From Vicugna vicugna (lineage: Eukaryota): DNA of 64,000 nt. The notes below the pieces were generated by a model. That model had not been told where the DNA came from, searched no databases, and saw nothing but the letters and a program-made list of their open reading frames with translations. Position 1 is the first letter of the stretch; each line of letters begins with the position of its first letter. Location of the stretch: assembly GCA_013265495.1 (NCBI GenBank), contig MU061538.1, forward strand, positions 124,001 through 188,000, written 5' to 3'. A program made the translations under genes and the position numbers. Positions 11,201 through 22,993 of this stretch are shown here, piece by piece.

Positions 11201-14200
11201 CCAGCTTATAGAAAAGTGAGAACTTGCTATTGAAATATCAGATGTGATCGCACGTCTTTGGCATTTGCAGCTGTGGTGTGATTTCCACATTAAGAAACCA
11301 GGAGGAGGGAGCGGCCGACAGGAGCCACTGCGTTTTGTTGGACTGCCTCTGCTCCTGGGGGCAGGTGGGGCACGTGCTGGACCTAATTGTGGACTGGCTG
11401 CCAGAAGAACAGCCTGCGAGCAAGGTACCCTGGGCCACGCTTCCAGCGTTCATGGGGCACAGTGTGTGAGGGCCTGCGCCGCCTGGGGTGTGCACTGTAA
11501 TTATTCTCTGGACTCTTAGAGTAACTCGACGTCCAGGCGGAGGGTGCGGCTCCAGGACCCGCGGCCCGTCAAGCCCGAGCTGGCGCTCGTCTACCTGGAG
11601 TACCTGCTGACCCACCCCAAGAACCGGGGCTGCCTGCTCTCCGTCACCCGCAGGAAGCTGAACCATCTCCTCAGGGCTCTCGAGACGTCAAAGGTATCTT
11701 TGTAGAACAGATCCAGACGCCCTGGAAGTTGAGTGATGAAGTAAGATCTGAATTTCCCATGTTTATAGAGTGAAATTTTCACCTGGGGGCTGCATGGGGG
11801 CTGGTTGAAAATTTCCAGGCCTGGTCTTTCTGCCAAGTCGCATCCAGCCCTGGGTGCAGGGGAGTCAGTCTCGGCGGGTAGCCTGTTGGTCAGGACGCAT
11901 GCGTCCACAGGGGACTGCCTGCCCCACCCCCACCCCCTCTTGCTCTGCTCCTGCTCGTGGACGTGGCACACTAGCTTCCCCTCCGAGTCCTGGGCAGGCT
12001 TTTCTGGGAATCTTTGGATTGCATGTCCATGAATTCACCATCTCCTCCAGGGCCAGCCCTTGGACAAAGCCTGTTAGGCTGCCTGGTTTCAGCTCTGCTG
12101 GAGGCAGAGGCTCCCTGCACCAGCCCCAGGCATGGTGGGAGGAGGGGTCTGCTGGAGGCTCAGCCATCCGAGTAGGGGTGGATGCAGCCGTGGGCTAGCC
12201 TGGCCCCTGCTGAGCGCTATCTCACCTTCCAGGAGTGGGCAGGTGGACAGGGCTGGGATTTTGCCTATGGCGGGGCCTGGGCTGCACTGATGCAGAGAGG
12301 AGGGCGGCCTGTGGGTTCTGGGGGTTGGAGGGTGGTGCCCCCAGCTGGCTTTCCTGGCCAGGGTGCCAGTGGGATCACACCTGCTGAAGGCCGGTGTTCC
12401 CCATCCTGCTCTGTGCCAACCGGGCACTGCTCCTATTAGGGTGGGCGCTGAGGGGCCGCAGGTGAGCTGGGGCGCCTCACCCCTGTGCCAGGAGAGAGCT
12501 GCTCCTGGGCTGCCCTCCTCTCTTCTGTTGGTCTGTCCTGACTGGTGTCTCGCTCAGATTTGTCAGAATTTACCCTGACGGCTCCTAAAGCAGCACCTGT
12601 TCAGAGCTGCTCTCTCGTCCCTTCGAGGGGAGGGTCTGTGGGGGGAGAGGTGGGGACGCACTGTTCCCCTCCCCGGGCACAGCTGTGTCCTGGCACTGGC
12701 TTCTCAGTTGGAACCTGCCCTGCAGATTTCCTGTTTTACAGGTGGATCTGGAATCGATTTTGCAGTCGCCAGGTGCGAGCCCTCACAACCTGAGTGAAGG
12801 AACTGCCCTGCGTGCCTTCAGCCTCCACTGTCGGCTGAGTGTCCACCTCCAGCACAAGGTGCGTCCGCGGCTGTGGCAGCGCGGGGGCGTGTCGGCGAAG
12901 GGGCTCCGCCTCTAACTCTCTTCTGTTGTTGTTGGACAGTTCTGCTCAGACGGAAAAGTTTGCCTGTCTACTCTGGAAGACACTGGGATTTGGTTAGAAA
13001 GCAAAGTTTTATCTTTTATCCAAGATCAAGAAGAAGAGTACCTGAAGCCTCGCAGGGTCGTTTACCAGCAGATCATCCAGGTCAGACGCCTGAAGGCACA
13101 CAGTCCTCCCACTTTGTCGAGCTGTGATGTGCTTCTGGGTTTCAGTTTCTGATCTGAAGTTGTAACTTCAGACAATACGGCTGCTCTTCTGAGACACTCA
13201 CAGTGGCATCTGGCTATCTAGAGTTTATTTTCTTGTGAAGCATGAACTGCATAATTTTAATGTAATTTTACAATTGCATATAATAGATATTCAGTAATGT
13301 TTGTGAAATTACATAAAGTGTGATTCTGGGTTTCTTATGCAAACTAAAATGAGAACTAATGTATCTTTGTGAGAATTCCTTTATGAAACATCTTTGTAAA
13401 CATCTGCCCTACGAGGCAACCAGCAGCACCTCAGGTGGTAGACGTTCACCAGGCTGGACGCGTCCCTTTTCCCCCTCGCCGTGGCCTTTGTTGTGAAGTC
13501 ACATCAGCTTGCCTGTCTCCCCCACAGACCTACCTGACTGTGTGCAAGGATGCTGTCATGGTCGGCCTCGGGGACTGCAAGTTTCAGCTGCAGCTTTTAC
13601 AACGGAGCCTTGGGATCATGCAGACAGGTACACTTCCTTCACTCAAGGACTAGCTGAGAGCAGGTAGTAATCAGAACCGGCCCATCTCTCCTTCCCTCAC
13701 TTTGCTGGCCAGGACTCACTTTCAAGTGACAGGCATGTAACGCAAACTGGCTTACACCCAGAAGGGAGTGCTCCCTCCAGAATGCAGCTGAGTCCCACAC
13801 GTAACCACATGTAAGAGTCCAAGTTCACAGAAACGCAGATGCTTTTGCTGTAACGTAACACGTGCGTTTCGAAAAGCACCACGCATTCTGCGAAATCATT
13901 TGTGGGAGAAGGTGCCTTGGGGCAGACGATGAGGCGGTGCCGTGTGACAGAACACCGAGAAGTACTAACCCTTGCAAAAAGAATCGACACAATTAAAGAG
14001 GAAAGTGAAGTTCCTAATATAAATATTACAGGGCATGATGGACCTCATCTTAGACAGGAAGGTGAAGGGAGAGTGTGGAGGCCACGGCTCCCCATGCGGA
14101 GCTGGGGACCTGCCTGGACGGAGCACGTGTCTGTTGGGGCCAGAAGCGACCAGGTCCATGGCGTCCTCTGACTGCTGCTTGTGCACAGACGCTGGTCCCT

Positions 14201-17200
14201 GAGGCCCTCCCTGCTGGGGCCACCACCCCGGCTGAGCCCGGGCGCCCTGACCACTCTAGAGAAGCAGGCACTTCCAGCGTGAGGGCTTCCAGTTCCCACA
14301 GCTGTGAATTCTTAACCACTGACCGTATGCACACGCGTTGCCTGAATATAGTGCGTGACTTCCAGCCGTTCAGCTTTCCGTCCATAAGTAAAGACACTAG
14401 TTAAGGGCAAGGCTCTTCGGCTGCACGGTGACCTTGAGGGTGGACAGAGAGGACAGGCCCTTTGTCTTCAGACCCCGTGACCTGCACGTTGGCTCCGCGG
14501 GGCTGGCCCCTTGCTGGCTGTTCACTGTAGGGCTTACATATGTGGAGAATATGTGCCCCTCTGCCTTCCTCAAGATTAATTTCTTGAAAGTTTCTGTTAC
14601 GTTTGCAAAGGTTCTCCCAACTCTTTCATCCTGGCAGGCCATTCACCTGCTGAGGGCTAAACGCGACTGGAGCGTGACCAGTCTCTGTACTTGCTTCAGC
14701 AGGTAAATGTGAATTTGGGGTCAGTCTCTTGTCTCTGTTTCAAGCAGAGCTTTCTGTGTCATTCTAGTCTCTTTCATAAATTAGGGCCATGTGAGGCTTG
14801 GTCCCTGTATAAGATAGAAGAGGCCACACTGCTTTGTCACCTGAATAATAATCTTTTTTTTTTAACATTTTTTATTGAGTTATAGTCATTTTACAATGTT
14901 GTGTCAAATTCCAGTGAAGAGCACGATTTTTCAGTTATATATGAACGTATATATACTCATGGTCACATTTTTTTTCTGCTATGAGCTACTGTAAGATCTT
15001 GGGTATGTTTCCCTGTGCTGCACAGTATAATCTTGTTTGTCTGTTCTACGTTTTGAAACCCCAGTTTCTGTCCCTTACCGCCCCCGCCCCTTGGCAACCT
15101 CAAGTCTGTAGATAATAATCTTTTATGAGGAACATTGTTTCTGTGCTTTTCCGTATGACAAGGTTTTAAAAAAAGTGTGAGTGTAGTTTGTAAATGTATG
15201 TAAGCATCATGGCTGCTGCCCAGTCAGAGGGAGGCACCCATGCACACAGGCCTGAAGGTGTGAGCGGCGTGTGGCCCAGTGTGGGACTCGGACGCCGGGA
15301 TGCTCCCAGGGCTTGCAGGGGCGGTGCTGCTGGCTCTGTTCGTGGCTCAGCCCACAGGCTGGCCTGGAGGGAGACAAAAAGGAGAGCTGAAGGTGTCCAG
15401 GAGGAACTGTAGGACTAAGTTCACACACTGGAAACATTGTACCATATCAGCGCCACACAAGAAAGGAGAGAAAGACACCATAAACCACACAGTGTTGGGG
15501 GTAGCAGAGCTGGCCTTGGAGATTCCAGGTATGTTTAGAAAGCTCTTGGGCCACCCATCTCAGACCTGACACGTGAGAAGACGAGGTGTCCAGGGAAGGA
15601 CGCTGTCCCGGGCAGAGGTCCTGAGCGCCTCAGCCGAGTGCGCTGCTGCTTGATATTCACGAAGGGCAGCTTGCGGGGCTGGTTCACGCTGATCCGGTCA
15701 ACCTGGCGCTGGCTCACACTGGCCCCGTTAAGTCACATGACATACGTGTGTTAAGTGAGAAAAGTGAAATGGTTTCAACTGAACTGTGAGATTAGGTAAC
15801 AGTTTTTTCCAATTTTCTTTGCAGTGAAGGGGTTCTTTTATGTTTCGTTGCTCCTTGGCATTCTGAAAGAGGTCACTGCAAATTCCTTGATGCAGAAAAC
15901 AGCCTCAGAGGAAGAAGTCGCGTGGCTGTTCGATATGGTCCAGAAGGTGTTTCAGAAGATGCTGGAATGTATGGCCCGGAGCTTCAGGAAGCAACCAGAA
16001 GAAGGCTTGCGGGTGCGGGCGCCTCCCCAGGGCGAGGTCATCAGAACAGCTGCTGGCTGGGTGTGCAGAGCGAGGCCAGGTCTGCTCCCACGCTGGCCGT
16101 GGCCCTGCAGGTGCCGCCAGGCGCCGGGTGAGGTTCGGCGCAGGTAGGAGGGCTTGCCTGGAGCCAGCCTTCTCCAGAGGGCAGCGCTCAGAGACAGTCC
16201 CTCTGCTCTGCTCGTGGGCCGGGAACCCACCCAGACTGTCAGTGCTGCAGCAGGTGGTCCTAGGGTGAGGCCCGTGGCCAGCAGCAGGGCGCTCACCTGC
16301 CCAGAGAACTCACTGTGGGAGGCTCGCAGGGGTCACCTTCATTAGTGAAGGTTTAAGATGCTTAAACGGGAGGATGTTGTGAACTGTGGAAACTCAGTTT
16401 TATGCTGTTTTTAGCTGATGGAGGTCAGTGACGGCTGTGGGCTTGTTTTCCATAGCTTAGTTCATATCCAGCTTAATTTGAAACATTCCTATTTTTGATG
16501 AGTTGGTCCAAGTGTCTGGGACCGGTTTATGAAATTTGTGCCCAAATCTGTTCTCACCATGGGCAGCAGCCCTGTTCAGAACACATGGTCCCAGAGTTGA
16601 CATCTCCCTTAATGCCAGTGATGCTCCTCTTCCCTTTCTTCTTGCTGTTTTCTTTATTAATATTATTGAAACTCCCATTTTGGGGGCGTTTTCTTTGCTC
16701 TGGGGAAAGAAGGTCTAGAGGCGGTCCCCGTGGGCTTTCTCGCCCGGTGCCGGCAGCAGCAGAGAGGATGGCGCGTGTGAGGGTGGGCAGACGGCCCGGC
16801 ACCTGGCTCGGGGGAGGGCAGTGGTTTTCCGGGCACTAAAAATGACTGATGTGCTTGTGCTTTTTGTAGCTGCTTTATTCTGTTCAGACACCTCTACATG
16901 AGTTCATCACCTCGGTCCAGTCTTGGCACATGGACACGCCCATCCACCGCGGTGTGTTCTCCACTCTGATTGCCGCGTCTGTGGTCGAGATGAGTCACCG
17001 GCTGCGAAAGGTGAAGTGCGCTGGTCCTCAAACTGCTGTTTCGCTTTGGCCTCTCAGGAGCACGTTTGTATCTCTTCCCAAGTATTTTATGGGAACTCCC
17101 ATTCAGTGGGAGATGTGCTTGTCCACAGCCACCGCACAGCCTCATTGCTGGTTTGCGTGGTTGCGTCACGTGGCCACTGGGAGCTACGGGGTGAGGGGAT

Positions 17201-20200
17201 GCTGTCGGGCACGTCCTTCACTGTGAGCTGTTCGGTTGCCGTGCTTGGAGACTTAAGTGATTTGATACATTTCTTAAGCCCCCTTCTCCCAGAAGGCGAA
17301 GGAAGCCGTAGTCGTGGTGAGCGGTGTGCTCGTGGGCTGCACTTTCAGGAGGTCGCGCCTTTGCCTCACTGTAGCATAAGCCTTGCTTTTCTGAGTTTTC
17401 TTTTATGTTTAAGCATAGGCAGTGTGAGCTCATGCTCTCAGTCTAGAGACAGTGTCTTCACTCCTGCTCTGTCAGGAGAGCAGCAGCCTCTTTCATGTGA
17501 TCGGCCTCCTTGGTTAAAGACGGACACACTTGGTGATAATCCAGGTCCAAACAGAACCGTTCTTCCATCCTGTGGACTCCTGGATGCAGTGAGCCAGGGC
17601 TTGAACCAGGGACTTAAGACAGCAAAAATACCCACGTGTTTTCTAAGTATGAAAAGATGCAATCTGGCAGAAAGTATCGTTGAATTATATAAATGCAAGC
17701 AGATGTATTTGCATAAACTTTGTATTATAAAATCATGGCTATGAGAGAAGTTGACAAGGCTCTGAAACGGGAGTGGAGTTTGAGGCCTCCTGAAAGCTTG
17801 ATGGGAGGCCAGCTGGGTTTGGGAGGGTGAGCGCCGCTTCACGCACGGCAGAAGACCTAGGAGTGTCCGCCCCGCAAGCTGCGCAGCACACCTGTTCCCC
17901 ACGTGCCGGCCTGGGCCGCCCTGGTGTTGCAAATGAAGTTGTGAGCGCGCCGTAGCCAGCCCGCGACCACGCCCACGGCCACCCCACGGCCATGCCCAAG
18001 CCCGCCCACCCCTGCACCCAGAGCCACTGCCACCCCACGACCACACCCATTCTGTCCCCTGGCCCACCCTGTACCCCTGCTCACCTCCACGACCACCTGG
18101 TGCCCACGGCCACTCCCACCTCCACCGACGGCCACGCCCACCCCGCCCCATTTTCCCGCGCGCTTGTGCTACAAAAGCAGAACTGAGTAGTTGTGACAGA
18201 GACTGTTTTGCCCACAAAGTTGAAGGTAGTTACTATTCAACTTAAGTATTTAGTATTTTACTGCCTCACAGAATCTGTACTAATAAAAGTAATGAGTTAA
18301 GTTTGCTTCACATAAAAACACATCGCTTACAGAAAACATCAACATGAAAGGTTTGGTTCAACAGCAAGGTTGCTGGTGACGTCTTTTTCCTTCACCTCCA
18401 TCTAGCTGGGTGAGGCAGCCATGGGCGTAGGGACAGGTTGGTCCTAATTATGGTGAGCATTACAGCAGTTAGTAAAAGGTCATTATCCTGAGGCTCCCGA
18501 AAGCCTTTCTTTCTCGAGTGTGGGCGCAAACCCGAAGCGCTTGCCGTGAGACCCCCGATCGGCCCGGTCTCCATCTCAGTTTTCAGTTACCGACTCACTT
18601 TTGTGTTTAGGTTTCAGATACGGAAGAGCTTGCCCCGCCAACGTGTCTCTCGGATCTTCCACCGTTTTCAAGGTGTTTAATAGGAATAGTACTGAAGGCT
18701 CCGAGCGCAGTCAGGTAACCCTCTTCCTTGGGCGGCCGCGACCCCGGTGTTCCCGTGACCTCTCTGCAGCTGGAGTGCTGCTCCCTTCACTCCCCGCCCC
18801 TCAGAAGGGCATCTTTCTCCTAAGAAACACATTCCATACAATTTTTTCTCATCTTATCAGCAGTTAAAAATATTAACACTATACTTCAAAGAGAGATTGT
18901 AACTTTCTGTGAAATATATTCATCCAAAGTCTCTGGTTACAGTTACTGTAACTGAAGTTCAGTTAGAAGGAAACACTTTGGCTGTTAACGTGCACTAAAA
19001 CACTTCCACAATGCGCACTTCGGAAATGCTTGACTTGGTTAAACTGCGGTGTGGCGTTCACTCGGCACACGGCTGCTCCTCGTTCCTCCGGGCTCTCTGT
19101 CCCGTGACCCACACTCTAGGGTCTCTGTGGCGCCTGCAGGGCTGCGGGGCCACAGAGGGGTAGTGCTTGCCGGGGTCCAGTGCCAGTGGACATTAATGGC
19201 AGATGTGTCCACTGAAAACTTCAGAGAGCGTCACTTTTAGCAGCAGTGAATTATCTGTCAGCAGCATTAAATCCTTCCTGTGTGCGTTGTGAGCATGCAG
19301 GGTAGCTTCTTCACTTTCCAGGACGTCCAGGGACTCCTTCCACCGCTGTCACCTGACTCCAGAGTCCCCGGTGTGAGGGGCTTGCTTCACAGAGGTGGAA
19401 GGAGGTAATCAGCCTCCCGCGGTGCCTGAAAACTGGAGCTCATGGTGGTTCATGGACCTTGGCTGCATTTGTCTTTGCATAAAGTATTGGAATATATACT
19501 GTGGAGTAACTTCTGGTGTTTATTACATTTTTGCAGGTCATTTTTAGATGAATTGAAGGCATGTGTCACTTCTGACGATATTGAAGGCATTGTATGTCTC
19601 ACAGCTGTTACACACATTATTCTGGTTATTAATAAAGGTTGGTTACACTTCCTGCCACTTCCTGTCTGGGCCCTTGCTAGGCGTGTCTTATGTAGAACTG
19701 TGGGGAATATCTGGGAAGAGGCCCCTGCTGGTCAGGCTCTCACGTGCTCTAGACGCCTGCTGCCCCAGGAGTCCACTGCTGGCTGCCAGCTCACCCTCTG
19801 AATGCAGTTCCCATCCACGCCCCTTCTTTCTGCCTCGGAGCTGAGTTTCTGTTGGCTTGTCGTGTGTTACCATTGTTGTGTGTGCTTAAAGCTCTGTGTC
19901 TGTGCTTGCTCACGGTGGTGTGTTTGGAATTAACTTTGATGTGTCTGCTGTTTTGCTTGAGCTTTAACCCTGTCTATTCTGACTTCCCAACCAGTGGAAA
20001 CAGTATAGAAGAATAACTGGAGATACCTATGAAAGGCTTATCTCGGTGTAAAATACAGTAATGTCCCTGTCGATGGACTACTGTTAAGTTTCTGTATTTT
20101 TTGTTCAGTTTTACTAAAGTTGAAATTATTTTCTGAGTAACATATTACACGTAGAGCATGCTTTTCTCAGGACAAGCTCCACCCACAAGCCTGAATGCAT

Positions 20201-22920
20201 AGTATGGCTGCACACTGATGACACCACAAATGTCTAGCTAGTCTGACCCAGGAAGACTTGCCCGAGGGAGCCCCTGGTGGTGATCAGCAGGCTGGGGAGT
20301 GCGGAGGGTGTGGGACAGAGGCTGGGCGCTGGGAGTCCTCGTGCCACACAGATGATGACCCTGAAGTGTGTTTCTTGGGGGGCACAGGTGAGCGTCAATT
20401 CTGATGGCCGACATAGAACTCCTGGGGCCCGGGCTGCGGGGACAGAGCTCACGGGGCCGCAGGGCCGCCCCAGAGCTGGTGAGGTGCTTTCATACACATC
20501 CAGTGGTCCTTCTGACCCCTTTACAGGGGATTATTAGTGGTCCACAGGTCAGTAGGTGGGTTTACTCAACAGGAAGGGTAGGAGGCTCAGTCCTGCTGAA
20601 GCTGCACCCATGCTGACAGAGCAAGTGTGCTTTCTGTGCAGAGTTCAAGTCTTTTTCTGTCTTTAACGTACCTTTCCCCACAGGTAAACTTAAGAGCTCA
20701 AAAGTGCAGGATGTTGCGGCAACTGTTCACAGGAAACTGAAGGCATTCATGGAGATCACTCTGGAAGAGGACAGCAGGGAGAGGTGAGCACGGCTACACC
20801 CAGGTCTGGTCATCTGAGGACCACTGGTTCCCCTTAGGTGTGTTTCAGATCACGCTTTCATTTCCGCTCATTACAGCCAGGTAGAAAACTGGGGATTGAA
20901 AAGATGGAAACATTTTTGTTGGCAGAACTCCTTGAGCATATGTTTAATTTACTTCCTCATTCTGTGTTTAGGAGCAGAAACAAAACTGTCATTTGCAAAA
21001 TTCTACCCTAGAAAAGTAAGGGCATACACACTCATTTTATATGACTTTAAACCTAGACAGAGTATTTTTGGTGGCTTGCTGTATTTTTGAAACCACGGGC
21101 GTCCCGGAGACATAATTACCCTGTTTACAAGTATCCCCATCGGGAACGGGAAAGCCCCCCCTCCAGAGGCTGGAGGGCTACGCATCCCTTCTTACCTGCT
21201 GGGTGGCTCGTCGCTGCCACAGGGCCTGCTTCCTAGGAATGTGTTCACTGGGCTGTTTTTGCTGCTATATATACTGTTTCTGTCATGCTGTGCAATTTAT
21301 TACAGACTTTTGACCAGACCAGCCAGAGAAGCAGTGTTCTCCTGCAGTTTTCTGAACATTATATGGTCGAATGTTACAGGGCTCTGAGCCAGGTGATTAG
21401 TTTGTTCACCTGGAAATCAGCTGCTTCCCATAGCTACTTTCTGCTCTAGAGAAGGGCTTTCAAACTCCTGACTGCTCACTTACGAACAAGGACCTCTTCC
21501 TTCTCCGTCTGTGTGCTTCTCTCCCTTTTTTTTGTCTTGTGGCATCAGCCGGGCCCCCAGGACGGCACTGAGAAGGAGCGATGGTGGGGCACACTTGTCT
21601 TGTGTGTGACTTTGGTGGGAAGGCTGCTCGTCTCCCACCAGGAGGCACGTGTTGGCTGTAGGTGTTCTTTATCAGGTTGAGGATGTCCCCCTGTTTCTAG
21701 TTTGCAGGTTGCTCTTGTCCTGAGTGAGTGTTGGGTTTTGTTAAATGCTTTTCTCATCTACTGATAGGATTGTGTGATGTTCCTTCTTTAGCCAGCTGAT
21801 GTGATAGGTTTTGCATCAGCTGATTTTTGGGTGTTGAACCGGCCTCGTATGCCTGGCATGAATCTTACTTGGTCATGGTGTGTACTTTCTTTGTACACTG
21901 TTGTGATTGATTTGCTAATATTTTGTTGATTATTTTTGGATCCAGGTTCATAAGATAGATTGGTCTGGTTTTCTTTTCCTGTAATGTCTTTGTCTGGCTT
22001 TGCTGTTAGGGAAATGCTGGCCTCATAGAATGAGTTAGGAAGTATTCCCTGCGCTTCTGTATTCTGAAAGAGACTATAAAGAACTGGTGCCACATGCAAA
22101 CCAGTGAAGTTAGAACACTCCCTCACACCATACACAGAAGTAAACTCAAAATGCTTAAAGACTTAAACATAAGGCAGGATACCATAAACCTCCTAGAAGG
22201 AAAAATAGGCAAAACATTTTCTCATATAAATCATAGCAGTGTCCTCCTAAGGCAGTCTACCCCGGCAATAGAAATGGAAGCAAAAATAAACAAATGGGAC
22301 CTAAGTAAACTTACAAGCTTTTGCAGAGCAAAGCAAACCATAAATAAAACAACCTATGGAATGGGAGAAATTATTTATGAATAATGTGACTGACTAGGGT
22401 GTAATTTCCAGAATATACAAACAGTGCATACAACTCAATAACAGAGAAACAAACAACCTAATCAAAAAATGGGCAGAAGACCTAAACAAGCAATTCTCCA
22501 ATGAAGACATGCAGATGGCCAATAGGCACATGAAAAAATGCTCAATATCGCTAATTATCAGAGAAATGCAAATCAAAACTACAATGAGGTATCACCTCAC
22601 ACCAGTCAGAATGGCCATCATTCAAAAGTCCACAAACAATAAATGCTGGAGAGGGTGTGGAGAAAAGGGAACCCTCCTACACTGCTGGTGGGAATGTAGT
22701 TTGGTGTAGCCATTATGGAAAGCGGTATGGAGGTTCCTCAAAAAACTAAAAATAGAGTTACCATATGATCCAGCAATCCCACTCCTGGGCATATATCTGG
22801 AGGAAACTCTAATTTGAAAAGATACATGCACCCCAATGGTCATAGCAGCACTATTTACAATAGCCAAGACACAGAAGCAACTTACATGTCCATCAACAAA
22901 TGACTGGATAAAGAAGTTAT

Positions 22921-22993
<73 letters not shown>

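Noticed and set aside
16923..18217. 273-aa (+) and 259-aa (-) ORFs
   Set aside because: One is an off-frame read through an exon into intron; the other comes from the C-rich repeat
22094..22990. L1 ORF2-like ORFs as an active retrotransposon gene
   Set aside because: 5'-truncated, frameshifted and interrupted by a microsatellite
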